Positions 19,397 to 30,531 of a stretch of DNA of 62,169 bases are shown piece after piece (the stretch's first letter is position 1; each line of letters starts with the position of its first letter). A program made the position numbers and the translations under genes. Source of the DNA: an uncultured virus (IMG/VR IMGVR_UViG_3300044540_000246) (Duplodnaviria; Heunggongvirae; Uroviricota; Caudoviricetes). The stretch is taken from IMG/VR virus record IMGVR_UViG_3300044540_000246; one strand, 5' to 3'. The notes under the pieces were generated by a model that was given only the letters and a program-made list of their open reading frames with translations, had not been told where the DNA came from and ran no database searches.

Positions 19397-19969
19397 ATGG
19401 CCAAGCACGACTACCTGCAGGACCCCACGACGGGAAAGATGGCCGGCTCCGCCGCCGGTGCACGCCGTACCCCCTCCGCCCCCGCCGCTGCGCCCGTCGC
19501 GTTCCAGCCAGAGCCCGGCGCGAGCCCCGCTCGGGTCGCGTACCTCGCCGCGATGGAGGCCCGCGAGATCGCCCGCCATCACCGGAACGCCATGTCGGAC
19601 CTTGTGACCCACCCATCCGGCCGCGGCGCCGACTACATCATCTTCTCCGCCGAAGGTCTCCCCGTCCGCACCGCCACCCTCGACGGCGAGTTCACCGCCC
19701 GGCACGGCGACCCCGCACTATTCGCCGCACTCGACGAACACGCCCCGTACATCACCGCCCACGAGGGCATGTTCGACGACGCCCGCATGTACGGCGGGCG
19801 GATCTCTCTCGATGCCGCCGAACGCGCCCTCCCGGTCCTCAAGCGATGCGGCATCGACGGATGCATCTACCGAACCGGCCCCATCGGCAGCTACCCCCGC
19901 CATAGCCCCACCACCGGCTGCCACTACGGCGGCGTGCTGCGGCACTGCATGTGTTCCCGCTGCTTCTGA
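19397..19969 (+). CDS. Leader-B-tagged hypothetical protein with C-terminal Cys/His cluster
   Basis: MAKHDYLQDPTTGKMAGS...; ends CGIDGC...H...C...HCMCSRCF; CGTTAGA at 19336. Confidence 0.75.
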   Translation: MAKHDYLQDPTTGKMAGSAAGARRTPSAPAAAPVAFQPEPGASPARVAYLAAMEAREIARHHRNAMSDLVTHPSGRGADYIIFSAEGLPVRTATLDGEFTARHGDPALFAALDEHAPYITAHEGMFDDARMYGGRISLDAAERALPVLKRCGIDGCIYRTGPIGSYPRHSPTTGCHYGGVLRHCMCSRCF

Positions 19970-20116
19970 GCTGACGGCTCCCACGTGCGGCCAGGTCACG
20001 CTCGTCAAGTGGCGAGACACGGCGCGACGAGAAGTAGCCGATAGTTCAGGGGAAGAAGCTTCTTCGCCTCGTACTGCGGTGACTTTCGCCGCTATCTCAA
20101 GAGGAACCGAACCGCC

Positions 20117-23100
20117 GTGAATACCACTATGCCCATTCCGGGTCGCCTTGCCTTGGCTGTCCGACGCACGCACCGCGCCCTCGCGGCGACACTGTCGCTC
20201 CTATTCATCGCGACAGCGCTCGCAGTCCTCACCCCGGCCGCTCCCGCTCGCGCAGACTCAACCCTCTCCCTGAGCTCGGAATCGTCCGGATCGATCCTCG
20301 CCGGCGAAACGACCACCATCGACATGGTCGCGACGAACATTAGCGCGGGCACAAATCTCTACAACTTGACGTTCACGCACGAGCTTCCGACGGGCGTGAC
20401 GTACGTACCAGGCTCCACCGCCCCGACCCCGATCGGTAACCCTCGCATCATCGTCGTGACAACCACGCCGGACCCACTGTTCCCCCTCGACACCGTCGAC
20501 CACCAGGTCCTCATCTGGTCCAACGTGTCCGACCTTGTCGCCGGCTCCTCGTCGTCGCTGTCATTCGCAGTCCACGCCGACCCGACCCTCTACCCAGTGG
20601 GCTCCACCTTCGACAAGACTTCGAACGCATACGCCAACACTGACCCGCGATACCTGCCGAAATTCAACCCCACCACCGGCGCAGCTATCACCGGAGCCAC
20701 CAGCTACACGCACACGGACACGGTGTCGCCCCAGAACACCCAGGTTGCCGCTATCGACATCCAGAAGACGAACCCGAACCCAGAATCTGAACTCGTCCGC
20801 GGAGTCCACGCACAGACGAGCACGTTCACTATCACCGCTCGGAACACCGACCAGGCTGACACCGAAAGCGTCGTCATCGTCGACTACCTGCCCGCCGGTC
20901 TCGAGTTCCTCGGCTGCGGCGGCATCGACAACTCCTCGGCCCGCGAGTTCCCCGGAGCTCCCGCGCTCACCGCGACACCGACTCCCGCGAACTGCCTCAC
21001 CCCGAACAGCGTGTCCACAGTCCTCGATCCGGCCGGGCAGCCGTCAGGTATCTACACGCGCATCGAATGGCAGATCGGAACCCTGACCGCTGCGGCACCG
21101 ACGAACGTCCGCACGATCCGATACGCCGTCGCCGTCCCCCTCTACGCGAACACGATGACGTTCCCGAGCGGCACGCCGACAGCTGCCAGCCTCACCCAGA
21201 CGGCGAACCTGGATAACAACACCGGGTCGTCCACCCGCCACATTGGCGCGGCCGCGTCGTTCCGTAACGCAGTCACCGCAACCGGAACCTACACCGGCCC
21301 GGTTGCGCCGACCGCGTCCAGCACGGTCACCTCCTCAGCGTCGAACACCGTCCGAGCAATGGACATTGCCGTCACCACGACTGCCTCATCCTCAAACTTC
21401 GTCGCAGCTCAACCGTTCACCTACACGATGCTTGTCCGAACCGGCGAGTACGCCTCCGCATCCGCGATCACCCTGACCGACACCGTCCCCAACGGCATTT
21501 GCCCCCTCGTTCCCGCCGGCACAACCATCTTCGGAACGCTCCCCCCGGACTGCGCCGCAGTCGGCACCGTTTCGGGCGCGACGATCAACTCCGTCACAGC
21601 CAACCCTGACGGAACGTTCACCATCGACTTCGCAATCATCCCAGCAACACTCACACCGAACAGCACGATCAATGTTCAGTACACCGCCCTGTTCCGAGCG
21701 AACTACACCGGCAGCGAAGACCCGACCGCCTCCGGCGACACCTTCGCCACGGGAACGTCCATCTCGGGGACCACCACCCCAGTCTCCGATACAGGTTTCA
21801 CCACAACAGAGTTCGCCTTCGATGGGTCAGGCACTTCGCACGCCTCCTCGACTCCCACAATCGAGAAGCTCGTCCTGCCCCGTCAAGGCATCGCCAACGT
21901 CAACGAATGCCGAAACGCGTACGGCCAGTATGTTGCCGACGCCTCCACCATCCCCGGCGGCCAGTTCGTCCAAGGCGACCGGATCTGCTTCCAGCTGAAA
22001 ATCAACTTCTCCGACACCGTCGACACCCGCAACGCACAAATCACCGACTTCGTACCCGTCGGAACGTCCTACGAGAGCTACACGCTCGGAACCCCGACGG
22101 AAGGCTCCACCGTCCCCGCCGGGCAAGTCTCCACCCCGAGCGACCCAGACGTACCCGTCTGGCGCCTCGGCGCGCCCCTTGGAACCAACCCGGACAACCT
22201 GTTCATCGCCCGCGGATCGGTGCTGGTCATGTTCGTGTCGGCGATCGTGGACGACCCCTCCCCGACCACGTCCGTCGACATCACCGCCAACCTCATGAAG
22301 TACTCTCAGGAGAACACATCAGGGCAGGTGTACGCACTACGAGCGCAAGCCGACTTCGCCGTCGCCCCCGCCCCAACTCTCGGCATCACCAAGGGCATCA
22401 GTGCCGTCAACGGCTCCGCGAACACGCTCCCCTACCCCAGCTCAGGAACGCTCACCGGCGGCCAATATGCAGACTTCGTAATCGACGTCAACCATCAGGG
22501 CAGTCAGGCGGCCGGCAACGATCAAGACATCACCGAACACACCGTTTGGGATGCCCTCCCCGAACCGCTCACCTGCGCCAACATCACCAATATCAGCGCC
22601 GCAGGAACATGCACGGACAACTTCGCAGGTTTCGCAGGCAGCGCGAACGTTGGCCGTAGCGCAATCACCTGGACCGTCGCTACCACTCTCACCGCCGGCT
22701 CTGTCGCCGACAGCCTCACCTACCGCGTCACGCTACCCAGCCCAGGCCTAACCCCCGACACGGACTACATCAACGCCACATCCGTCACCTCATACCGCAT
22801 CGACACAACTTCAGGTAGTAGCGCCTTCTACCCCGAGGACTCCCTCGACCTCGGCGCCCAAACGTCATGGAACGTCGCCGCAGCGAACGCAACAGCCACC
22901 ATCACCACGCCAGCCGTCACCGTTGCGAAGAGCTACACCACACCAGCCGTCACCTCCGCGAACACGGCAACAAACGCCGTCGCCGGTGAACTGATCACGT
23001 ACACGTACTCAGTCACCATCCCGGCGCGCACCACCGTCTACAACGCCACCCTCGACGACTCGCTCCCCGCCAACCTCGTCAGCCTGCCGAGCACCACAAC

Positions 23101-26100
23101 GTCCACGACAGTCCCGAACGGGGTCACGACCTACACGGCAGGCGTCGGCTACTCAACCGCGTTCGAAGCGAGCTACACCAACAACACCGACACCGCTCAA
23201 ACGTTCACCACCACTCTCGTCGGCGTGCAGGTAGCCCCAGCGTTCACCGGCACGAGCATCGCCAACACGGCCACATTCCGCAGCGACAGCGCCCCGACCG
23301 GCGGCACCGCCCTCACCCCGGTGACGGCCACATCAACCCTTCCGGTCATTCGCCCGCGCCCGACCATCTCCAAGACGGTCACCCCGTCAACGGTCTCTGC
23401 TGGCCAGACGGTCACGTACACGCTCACCGCAAACAACACAGCGGGAAACCCTGCGGGATACGACAGCATCATCATCGACTGTCTCCCGACCGCGATCACC
23501 TTCCTCGCCGACGTCACACTGCCGTCAGGAGTTACTCGCAACGCCCCCACGCCGGGAACCGGAACGGGGGCGGGTCAGAACGGCTGCGCCAACACGACCA
23601 ACCTCATCCAGTACAACCTTGGAACAATCAACCCCGCCACCCCGATCGTCATTCAGTTCTCAGCCACCGTTAGCCCCACCGCCGCCGGCCTTGCAACCCA
23701 GACCAACACGGCACGGGTTCTCACCTCCACGCTTGACAATGGAACCCGCGACGCAACTATCGAAGGCCTCTTCACATCAACGACCGCGAACGCGACCACC
23801 ACAGTCACTGGCGCCACAGTAACGAAGACGACGACCGCACCCACCGCAACCGTCGGCGGGACAGTCCCCTACACCATCACCGCCACAATCCCCGCCTCGG
23901 TGAACTTCTGGAACGCAGCCGTCATTGACACAGTCCCCGCCGGGATCCTCCTCAATCAAGCGACCACCGTCGTCACCTGCACTGTGGCCGTGACGCTTGC
24001 GGACTGCGCGGCCGACCTCCCGGCAGGCGGCGCACCCCTGACCGCAACATCCACCCAAGCTGGCTGGTACCTCGGCAGCATCACCGCGAACCCGGCCGTC
24101 CGAACGGTCACAATCACAGTCGACGCAACCGTCCGCGACACGCCTGGCAACGTCCTCGGCGGAACGCTAACGAACACAGCCAAACTCTCCTGGAGGAACG
24201 CCGCCGGTAGCGCGCCAGCGAATGCCGGCTCCACGTTCGACCGCAGCACAACGGTCAACGCCGGCTCCACCGCCGTGACAACCATCCAAGAGCCGCAGCT
24301 CTCCATCACGAAGACGAACTCCGACACGACCCCCAACCCGGGCGACACGTTCACCTACACGGTTCGAGCGACCAACGCGAACAACGCAAACACTTCAACT
24401 GCATACAACGTCACCGTGACCGACACAGTCCCCACCGGTGTTGTCGTCAACCCGAGCTCAATCGGCAACGGCGGAACCATTGCCGGCGCCGGAGCAAACG
24501 GTGGAGGCGTCATCACCTGGCCGAACCTCACCATCGCCCGCAACGTTCAACTCGACCTCACCTACGAGGCAACCCTCGCCCCATCCCCGAGCCTGACGGC
24601 CGCCGCACTAACCAACACGGCACGGATCACCACTTACGCATCCCTACCGTCCGGGGGGCGCACCTACACGAACCCCGTACCGACCGCCACGTCGACCGTC
24701 ACGCCGCAGTTCCCCTCGGTGGACATCTCTAAGGCCACCCCCGGCGGCACGCTCGCTTACGCCGGAACTCCCTTCACCTGGCGCCTCACTCTCGCGAACG
24801 ACACCGACGCCGCACCGACCGCAGGCGCCTCAGTCGCAGACGTGCTCCCCAAGCACTGGAACTACGTCACAGGTTCCGCACTCGTCACCGTCGGCTCGTC
24901 TACGACCCAGATTGACCCGTCGGTAGCGACCGTCAACAACGTCCAGACGCTCACGTGGGCAACCCTGGGCGGCATCGACCCCGGTGGGACAATCCTCATC
25001 ACCTATCAGGCCACGCCCGCGACCGACGCCCTCGTCGACCCCGGCTCGGGTACTTCCATCCCCCACACCAACACATTCTCGGCCGTAGCAACCGACGCGA
25101 CCGCCGCGACCGGAAATGCGACCGGAAACTACGCAGCAGGACCCGCCTCGGCCAACGCCTTCATCGCATCAGCTGACCTCTCCGTCACGAAGGCGAGCCC
25201 AGGAACCCTCATCGCAGGCCAGACCACATCGAACGCTTGGACCATCACCGTCCGGAACGCGGCCGGTTCGGATGTCGCCGTCGGGCCCTTCCAGGTAGTC
25301 GACACGGTAGATGCGCTACCGGCGGGTGTCACAGTCGGCCAGCCGGCAGGTAGCGGCTGGAGCTGCACTGCACCGACCGTCGACGGCGACTTCACCTGCA
25401 CGCGCACCGACGCCAACGACACCCTCGCCGAAGGAGCATCCTTCCCGGCAATCGCCGTTCCAGTCTCCGTCGCAGCCGACGTACCCGCCGCGACCGAAAT
25501 CCTGAACACCGTGTCCGCCACGGCCCGAACGTCCGACCCGAACCTGGCGAACAACTTCGACGACGCCATCCAGACGACCACCGTTCAGTCTGACCTGGCG
25601 ATCGGGAAGTCGACCTCGGGGACGCTCCTCGCCGGACAGACAGCGACCTGGCAAATCGACGTCCGCAACCTGGGCAGCTCGGTAACCAGCGGCATCACCA
25701 CCGTCACCGACACGATCCCCGCAGGCGTCACCAACGTCTCCGCTTCCGGGATCGGGTGGAGCTGCGCGCCGCCCGCAGCAGGAAACCTTGTCTGCCAAAC
25801 GTCGACGTCGTTCCTAGGTTTCGCGCCAGCCTTGATTGTTACCGGAGACATCGACTCGAGTGTCACCGGGGATGTGACGAACGTTGCAACCGTCACCGGC
25901 ATCAACCCTGACCCGACGCCGTCAAACAACACCGCCTCCACGACCGACCCGGTCGGCACGGACACGACACTCCTGCTGCAGAAGTCGCTCGATAGTGGGA
26001 CCGTGATCGCAGGGAACACCGTCCAATACCGACTTGACGTGAACAACGCAGGCCGCGCCGACGCGCGCAACGTCATCATCGTCGACCCGCTCCCGAACGG

Positions 26101-28423
26101 GCTCACCTTCGCCGGCAACGTCACATCGATCGTCGGCACATGGTCATGCACGGAAACGAACTCGACGCCTTCCACGGTCACCTGCATCCTGTCCGGAACC
26201 CTGCCCGCGTCGGGGTCAGACACCGCATCCGTCTCGTTCGCAGCGCTCGTGCCCTCTAGCCTGCCGCTCGGCACACAAGTGGAGAACACCGCCACCGCTT
26301 CCGCGGACAATGCGACAGATGTCAGCGACTCCGCCACCGGGGAACCGCTCGGCGAAAGCGACCTCGCGCTCGTGAAAGCCCTCACCTCCTCGTCGCCGGT
26401 CGCTGGAGGCACGGCCACGTACCGGCTCGACGTCACCAACTACGGCCCGACCGACAACGTCGGCAGCATCACCGTCACCGAAACTCCGCCCGCCGGGTTC
26501 CGAATCACCGCCATCGCCGGTTCGGGTTGGACATGCTCCACCATTGCCGGAGGTGCGTCAGCGACCTGCTCGTGGGACACCGGACTGGTAGCCAACGCGT
26601 CCGCAACCGCCATTACCGTGACGGCAACGATCGCGCCCAGCGTGTCGGCCGGCGAGCACATCAACACCGCGTCCGCTGCCGGCATCAGCGACTACGCCGA
26701 CCCGAACCTGGCCAATAACACCGACGACGCCGCCGCAACCGTCTCCACAGACTCGGCGCTCACGATCGTCAAATCAGGTGAAGCGACCCTCATTCCCGGA
26801 ACGGCGACGTCGTACACGATCACCGTCACAAACGCCGGCCCCTCCAACGCGACCGATGTCCTCCTCGCAGACCTGCTCCCCCCGGGCATCACCGCGACCG
26901 CACTCACCGGCTCCGGCTGGTCCTGCTCCCTCGCAACCGCAACGTGTGAGATCGCGTCCCTTCCAGTCGGTTCCAGCAGTATCCTTGTCGACGCAACAGT
27001 TGCCGCGAACGTTGCGGACGGAGCTCAGCTCACCAACACGGCGACAGTCGAGTGGGGGGATTCGTCCGGCCGGGACTCCGCCACCGCAGACTTCACGGGG
27101 ACAGCGGCAACCTCCGCCGACTTGTCGCTCGTCAAGACCGCCACTTCCCCCGAAGCGACCGCCGGTACGACGGGCACCTATGAGCTGTCAGTCGCGAACA
27201 ACGGCCCCTCGGACGCAAGCGGTCCGATTGTCATCACCGACACCCTTCCGGCCGGACTGACCTACGTTAGCGCCACATCGGCCGGAGACGTCTGGACATG
27301 CGCGCCTCTCGCCGGCGACCCGCAGATCGTCGAATGCACCCTCCCCGACGGGATTGCTGCCACAGGCACAGCTCCGCTGCTCACGATGGAGGTCCTCTTC
27401 GCGGCAAACCACGCCGGCGGCGACACGATCAACATCGCATCCGTCGACTCCCCAACCGATGACCCCAACCCGGCCAACGACAGCAGCACCGCCACCGTGA
27501 CCGTCAATCAGAGGGTCGACCTGGCCGTCACCGAGACGCTCCTCGACGGCACCGTCCGAATCGGGAACACGGTCACGTTCGGCTACGAAGCGACCAACAA
27601 CGGCCCCTCCGCAGCTAACGACGTCTCTGTGCGCATCCTTCTCCCTGCCGGCCTCGCAGATGTTGATACGGCTGGTTCCGACCCTCGATGGTCGTGTCAA
27701 ATCTCTACCGTTTCCGGTAGCAATCTGACCGAGATCGTGTGTCTGCTCTCGGGAACATTGGGGGTGGGCGAAACCGCACCGCCGCTCACCGCATCCGCCC
27801 GCATCGAGGCGATCGGCTTCCCCGAGCTCATCACCGAGGTGACCGTCGAAACGCCTGCGCAAGAAATCACTTACGTGAACAACGCAGACGGCCACGCCTA
27901 CCCGGTACCGCCCCTCGTTGGCCTCAACATTGCCAAGACGAACAACGGGCCGGTCCAAGCAGGGGAACAGGCCCACTACATCATCACCGTCACGAATCTT
28001 GGTCTCACGTCAGCGCCTGACGGATTCACCGTCATCGACACACTGCCTGAAACTCTCACCTTCCGTTCCGCCGAAGGTGGAGGTGCGGCATGCTCAGCTA
28101 GCGGACGAGTCGTCACCTGTCTGTTCACTGATGAACTTGCCGTGAACGCTTCTGTGTCGGTCAACATCTACGTCAATGTTGCCCTCTCCGCAGTCGGCGC
28201 GATCACGAACACCGCTGCCGTCTCGACTGACAACGAGAACCTGAGCGGCTCAACCGTTGTCGCCTCAAACACGGTCATCGCTTCCGCTCCGGCACCAGGC
28301 CGGCTGTCGACCGCCGGAGCTTCCGCTCTGACGGGGACAATCGCGCTCCTTGCGGTGAGCGCGCTGATAGTCGGGTCCGCCCTCCTCATCATGGGCCGAA
28401 GGCGGCGTCGACACGTCGCGTGA
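20117..28423 (+). CDS. Giant secreted/cell-wall-anchored repeat protein (DUF11/Ig-like, probably isopeptide-forming adhesin)
   Basis: Signal peptide ending PARA; roughly 20 Thr-rich repeats (DLxxxK...GxTxTYTxTVxNxG...DxLPxG...GWxC...NTA...DPxxxNN); C-terminal LSTAG, a TM helix and RRRRR. Confidence 0.88.
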   Translation: MNTTMPIPGRLALAVRRTHRALAATLSLLFIATALAVLTPAAPARADSTLSLSSESSGSILAGETTTIDMVATNISAGTNLYNLTFTHELPTGVTYVPGSTAPTPIGNPRIIVVTTTPDPLFPLDTVDHQVLIWSNVSDLVAGSSSSLSFAVHADPTLYPVGSTFDKTSNAYANTDPRYLPKFNPTTGAAITGATSYTHTDTVSPQNTQVAAIDIQKTNPNPESELVRGVHAQTSTFTITARNTDQADTESVVIVDYLPAGLEFLGCGGIDNSSAREFPGAPALTATPTPANCLTPNSVSTVLDPAGQPSGIYTRIEWQIGTLTAAAPTNVRTIRYAVAVPLYANTMTFPSGTPTAASLTQTANLDNNTGSSTRHIGAAASFRNAVTATGTYTGPVAPTASSTVTSSASNTVRAMDIAVTTTASSSNFVAAQPFTYTMLVRTGEYASASAITLTDTVPNGICPLVPAGTTIFGTLPPDCAAVGTVSGATINSVTANPDGTFTIDFAIIPATLTPNSTINVQYTALFRANYTGSEDPTASGDTFATGTSISGTTTPVSDTGFTTTEFAFDGSGTSHASSTPTIEKLVLPRQGIANVNECRNAYGQYVADASTIPGGQFVQGDRICFQLKINFSDTVDTRNAQITDFVPVGTSYESYTLGTPTEGSTVPAGQVSTPSDPDVPVWRLGAPLGTNPDNLFIARGSVLVMFVSAIVDDPSPTTSVDITANLMKYSQENTSGQVYALRAQADFAVAPAPTLGITKGISAVNGSANTLPYPSSGTLTGGQYADFVIDVNHQGSQAAGNDQDITEHTVWDALPEPLTCANITNISAAGTCTDNFAGFAGSANVGRSAITWTVATTLTAGSVADSLTYRVTLPSPGLTPDTDYINATSVTSYRIDTTSGSSAFYPEDSLDLGAQTSWNVAAANATATITTPAVTVAKSYTTPAVTSANTATNAVAGELITYTYSVTIPARTTVYNATLDDSLPANLVSLPSTTTSTTVPNGVTTYTAGVGYSTAFEASYTNNTDTAQTFTTTLVGVQVAPAFTGTSIANTATFRSDSAPTGGTALTPVTATSTLPVIRPRPTISKTVTPSTVSAGQTVTYTLTANNTAGNPAGYDSIIIDCLPTAITFLADVTLPSGVTRNAPTPGTGTGAGQNGCANTTNLIQYNLGTINPATPIVIQFSATVSPTAAGLATQTNTARVLTSTLDNGTRDATIEGLFTSTTANATTTVTGATVTKTTTAPTATVGGTVPYTITATIPASVNFWNAAVIDTVPAGILLNQATTVVTCTVAVTLADCAADLPAGGAPLTATSTQAGWYLGSITANPAVRTVTITVDATVRDTPGNVLGGTLTNTAKLSWRNAAGSAPANAGSTFDRSTTVNAGSTAVTTIQEPQLSITKTNSDTTPNPGDTFTYTVRATNANNANTSTAYNVTVTDTVPTGVVVNPSSIGNGGTIAGAGANGGGVITWPNLTIARNVQLDLTYEATLAPSPSLTAAALTNTARITTYASLPSGGRTYTNPVPTATSTVTPQFPSVDISKATPGGTLAYAGTPFTWRLTLANDTDAAPTAGASVADVLPKHWNYVTGSALVTVGSSTTQIDPSVATVNNVQTLTWATLGGIDPGGTILITYQATPATDALVDPGSGTSIPHTNTFSAVATDATAATGNATGNYAAGPASANAFIASADLSVTKASPGTLIAGQTTSNAWTITVRNAAGSDVAVGPFQVVDTVDALPAGVTVGQPAGSGWSCTAPTVDGDFTCTRTDANDTLAEGASFPAIAVPVSVAADVPAATEILNTVSATARTSDPNLANNFDDAIQTTTVQSDLAIGKSTSGTLLAGQTATWQIDVRNLGSSVTSGITTVTDTIPAGVTNVSASGIGWSCAPPAAGNLVCQTSTSFLGFAPALIVTGDIDSSVTGDVTNVATVTGINPDPTPSNNTASTTDPVGTDTTLLLQKSLDSGTVIAGNTVQYRLDVNNAGRADARNVIIVDPLPNGLTFAGNVTSIVGTWSCTETNSTPSTVTCILSGTLPASGSDTASVSFAALVPSSLPLGTQVENTATASADNATDVSDSATGEPLGESDLALVKALTSSSPVAGGTATYRLDVTNYGPTDNVGSITVTETPPAGFRITAIAGSGWTCSTIAGGASATCSWDTGLVANASATAITVTATIAPSVSAGEHINTASAAGISDYADPNLANNTDDAAATVSTDSALTIVKSGEATLIPGTATSYTITVTNAGPSNATDVLLADLLPPGITATALTGSGWSCSLATATCEIASLPVGSSSILVDATVAANVADGAQLTNTATVEWGDSSGRDSATADFTGTAATSADLSLVKTATSPEATAGTTGTYELSVANNGPSDASGPIVITDTLPAGLTYVSATSAGDVWTCAPLAGDPQIVECTLPDGIAATGTAPLLTMEVLFAANHAGGDTINIASVDSPTDDPNPANDSSTATVTVNQRVDLAVTETLLDGTVRIGNTVTFGYEATNNGPSAANDVSVRILLPAGLADVDTAGSDPRWSCQISTVSGSNLTEIVCLLSGTLGVGETAPPLTASARIEAIGFPELITEVTVETPAQEITYVNNADGHAYPVPPLVGLNIAKTNNGPVQAGEQAHYIITVTNLGLTSAPDGFTVIDTLPETLTFRSAEGGGAACSASGRVVTCLFTDELAVNASVSVNIYVNVALSAVGAITNTAAVSTDNENLSGSTVVASNTVIASAPAPGRLSTAGASALTGTIALLAVSALIVGSALLIMGRRRRRHVA

Positions 28424-28508
28424 CGGCCGGCGTTAGAGCTCAACTATTGGCCGCCGCCCGGAACTCAGATCGACTGCCGGGCGACGCGACCTCGAAGGGG
28501 GAAGCTTC

Positions 28509-28988
28509 ATGCTCAACCGAAACCGTCAACTCCGCCGGGACCGTCAAGGGCGTTTCGCCCGCTCGCATGCTGTCGCGACCGCGACCCCGAACACCCCCTT
28601 CCCGGCACCCACCCTCCTCCCGGCGGCGTTCGACTCACCTCGCGCAGCGTTCCAGGCCGAGCTCGAAGCTCACCTGGCTCGGGCGACCGCCAAAGCGATC
28701 CGCGAGCTGACCGCATTCGAGACCTACGAGGGGCCTCATCTCATCGTGACCGTACGGACACCTTCCAGCACCGCTCGCGTTTCCGAGATGGAGGAAGGGA
28801 TCTGGGAGGCGGTCACGTCACCGCATACCGTCGGCGCCGCACCGCAGCTCGGCGGACCTTTCCGCACCAAAGCCGAAGCTCGATCCTGGGCCGAGAGGAC
28901 CGCGCTCGACGTCCACGTCGCTCGCACTCATGAGCGAGTCATCGCCGCAGCCCTTGACGGTCTACGCGCCGGTTCCGCTCACGCCTGA
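28509..28988 (+). CDS. Hypothetical protein with RDxxGRF-type leader
   Basis: MLNRNRQLRRDRQGRFARSH then a Pro-rich linker; GAAGGGG RBS; CGTTAGA at 28431. Confidence 0.7.
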   Translation: MLNRNRQLRRDRQGRFARSHAVATATPNTPFPAPTLLPAAFDSPRAAFQAELEAHLARATAKAIRELTAFETYEGPHLIVTVRTPSSTARVSEMEEGIWEAVTSPHTVGAAPQLGGPFRTKAEARSWAERTALDVHVARTHERVIAAALDGLRAGSAHA

Positions 28989-29011
28989 AACGCTCGCCGG
29001 AGGAAGCCGGC

Positions 29012-29836
29012 TCAGGCGAGCAGTCCCGCAACCGCCAACCGGTGTGCCACCTGCGAATGCAGATCCTCCACCGCGCCACTATTGTGCAGAACCGCGTCAA
29101 ACGGCCAACCGTCCAGAGCCGTCTCGCTCGGGTGATCGTTCGCAGGCCCCCTGCCCGGACGAACCACCCGCCACACCTGCCCACCGAAACGCTTCACGGC
29201 GGCGGCTTCGTTCGGGAAGCGCGCGTCGGTCACGAACACTCGCGCACCATCGGGCAGGTCTCGGTATACCGCGTCAACCCAAACATCTTCGTAGAGCAGG
29301 TCACGGGACGCCTCCGCACCCATCCGCTGCATGAGCGGACGCATCTGCGGGACCGCGTTCTTCGCACCTTCCCACCCGAGCTCGTCAACAAGATCGCGGA
29401 CGGTCTTCCCCTCGACAACGATCGGGTTCAGGCGATACAGCGCCTCTCGAATGAGGTCCCCTGCGCTGATGCGTAGCCAACCTTCAGCTGCGAGCACAGC
29501 TCCGGCAGTGTCCTTACCTGACTGGCCATACCCAGACAAGGCAATCACGGTCAGCCGCGGCACCAACTTGCCTGAAACCAAGGCGAGCACGGGGCGCTCG
29601 AGCTTCTCGGCCACCCGAACCACTTCGACCGAGACCGGATCTTCCCGCCAGCCGGGCAGGACGACGACGCCCTCCAAGGTGCAGACGGCCTGCAGTGCCT
29701 GGCCCAACAGCTCCTGCGGCGACGAACCGCTCGAGTCCAAGCGGACGGCGACGTGCCGCCCACCCGCAGTCACAACGTCAAGAGCGTTCGCCAAGTCCTC
29801 AGCAGTCTGCGTCGTTCCAGTAACGAGGAGTTGCAC
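29012..29836 (-). CDS. Deoxynucleoside monophosphate kinase (phage-type) with an N-terminal extra domain
   Basis: P-loop SGYGQSGKDT, RPLMQRMG.E, VTDARFPNE, HPSE; the N-terminal VVLPGW segment resembles DUF4406. Confidence 0.88.
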   Translation of the reverse strand: MQLLVTGTTQTAEDLANALDVVTAGGRHVAVRLDSSGSSPQELLGQALQAVCTLEGVVVLPGWREDPVSVEVVRVAEKLERPVLALVSGKLVPRLTVIALSGYGQSGKDTAGAVLAAEGWLRISAGDLIREALYRLNPIVVEGKTVRDLVDELGWEGAKNAVPQMRPLMQRMGAEASRDLLYEDVWVDAVYRDLPDGARVFVTDARFPNEAAAVKRFGGQVWRVVRPGRGPANDHPSETALDGWPFDAVLHNSGAVEDLHSQVAHRLAVAGLLA

Positions 29837-29915
29837 GAATGAGCCTTCCGCCGACGATGGGTTCGATTAATGCAACCCATCGGCCCGCCGGAGCCACCGC
29901 GAGACCGGACGGTCG

Positions 29916-30398
29916 TTACCCCCAAACGAGCTGGAGCTTGCGGTCGGCGGCGTACTGCGCCACCGTCCGCAACGCGCCAAGCTGGACCTGCGCATATCCT
30001 TCCGGGCGGCCGCACTCGACGAAGTTCCCCACGCGAACGGCGGGAACGCCAGCGTCAACCGGGGCGACAGCGAGCGCCACGAGAACGCGACCGAGGAAGT
30101 CCTCGCCCGACATGCTCCCCGCGCAGCGGTCTTCGAAGCGGTCACCGACGCGAATGCCGAGCACGTCGAGGATCTCGGCCGCGTTGTGGTTCGAGACGTT
30201 CACGTCCGGGGCGGCGTTCACCTCGACGATGGCGAAGAACTCGCAGTAGGGGTTCTTGCACCCGTTGCGGGCGCCCGCGACTGCCGCCTGGTACGCCGAA
30301 CGGTAGTCGGGGTACTGCCCGACCGGAGCGGCGCCGTTGCACGGGCACCCGATCTGGTGCGGCCCGTCAACAAACTCCGGGCTAAACGTAACCGACAT
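29916..30398 (-). CDS. Hypothetical protein
   Basis: ATG 30398 after GAGGGAG; CPC...CKNPYC and NVSNHNA motifs. Confidence 0.7.
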   Translation of the reverse strand: MSVTFSPEFVDGPHQIGCPCNGAAPVGQYPDYRSAYQAAVAGARNGCKNPYCEFFAIVEVNAAPDVNVSNHNAAEILDVLGIRVGDRFEDRCAGSMSGEDFLGRVLVALAVAPVDAGVPAVRVGNFVECGRPEGYAQVQLGALRTVAQYAADRKLQLVWG

Positions 30399-30531
30399 GA
30401 CGCTCCCTCTCTCGCGGACAGTGCCTACTGTCGCAGGCACCTCCGACATTCGTACAGCGCCCCTGTCCGGACACCTCGCCGGCGTGCAGTTAGGTATCCA
30501 TTCCACGCTGAACCGCACTCCAGGAGGACCC

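Noticed and set aside
8169..19470. Leader repeats as a CRISPR array, IS ends or integron attC sites
   Set aside because: The copies are in-frame coding, irregularly spaced by whole genes, not palindromic and vary at synonymous positions. No cas, transposase or integrase gene was seen.
27265..27271. CGTTAG inside the adhesin gene (also reverse-strand copies near 24167, 27615 and 43745)
   Set aside because: These are followed by C rather than A/G and are mostly within coding sequence, so I treat them as chance matches.
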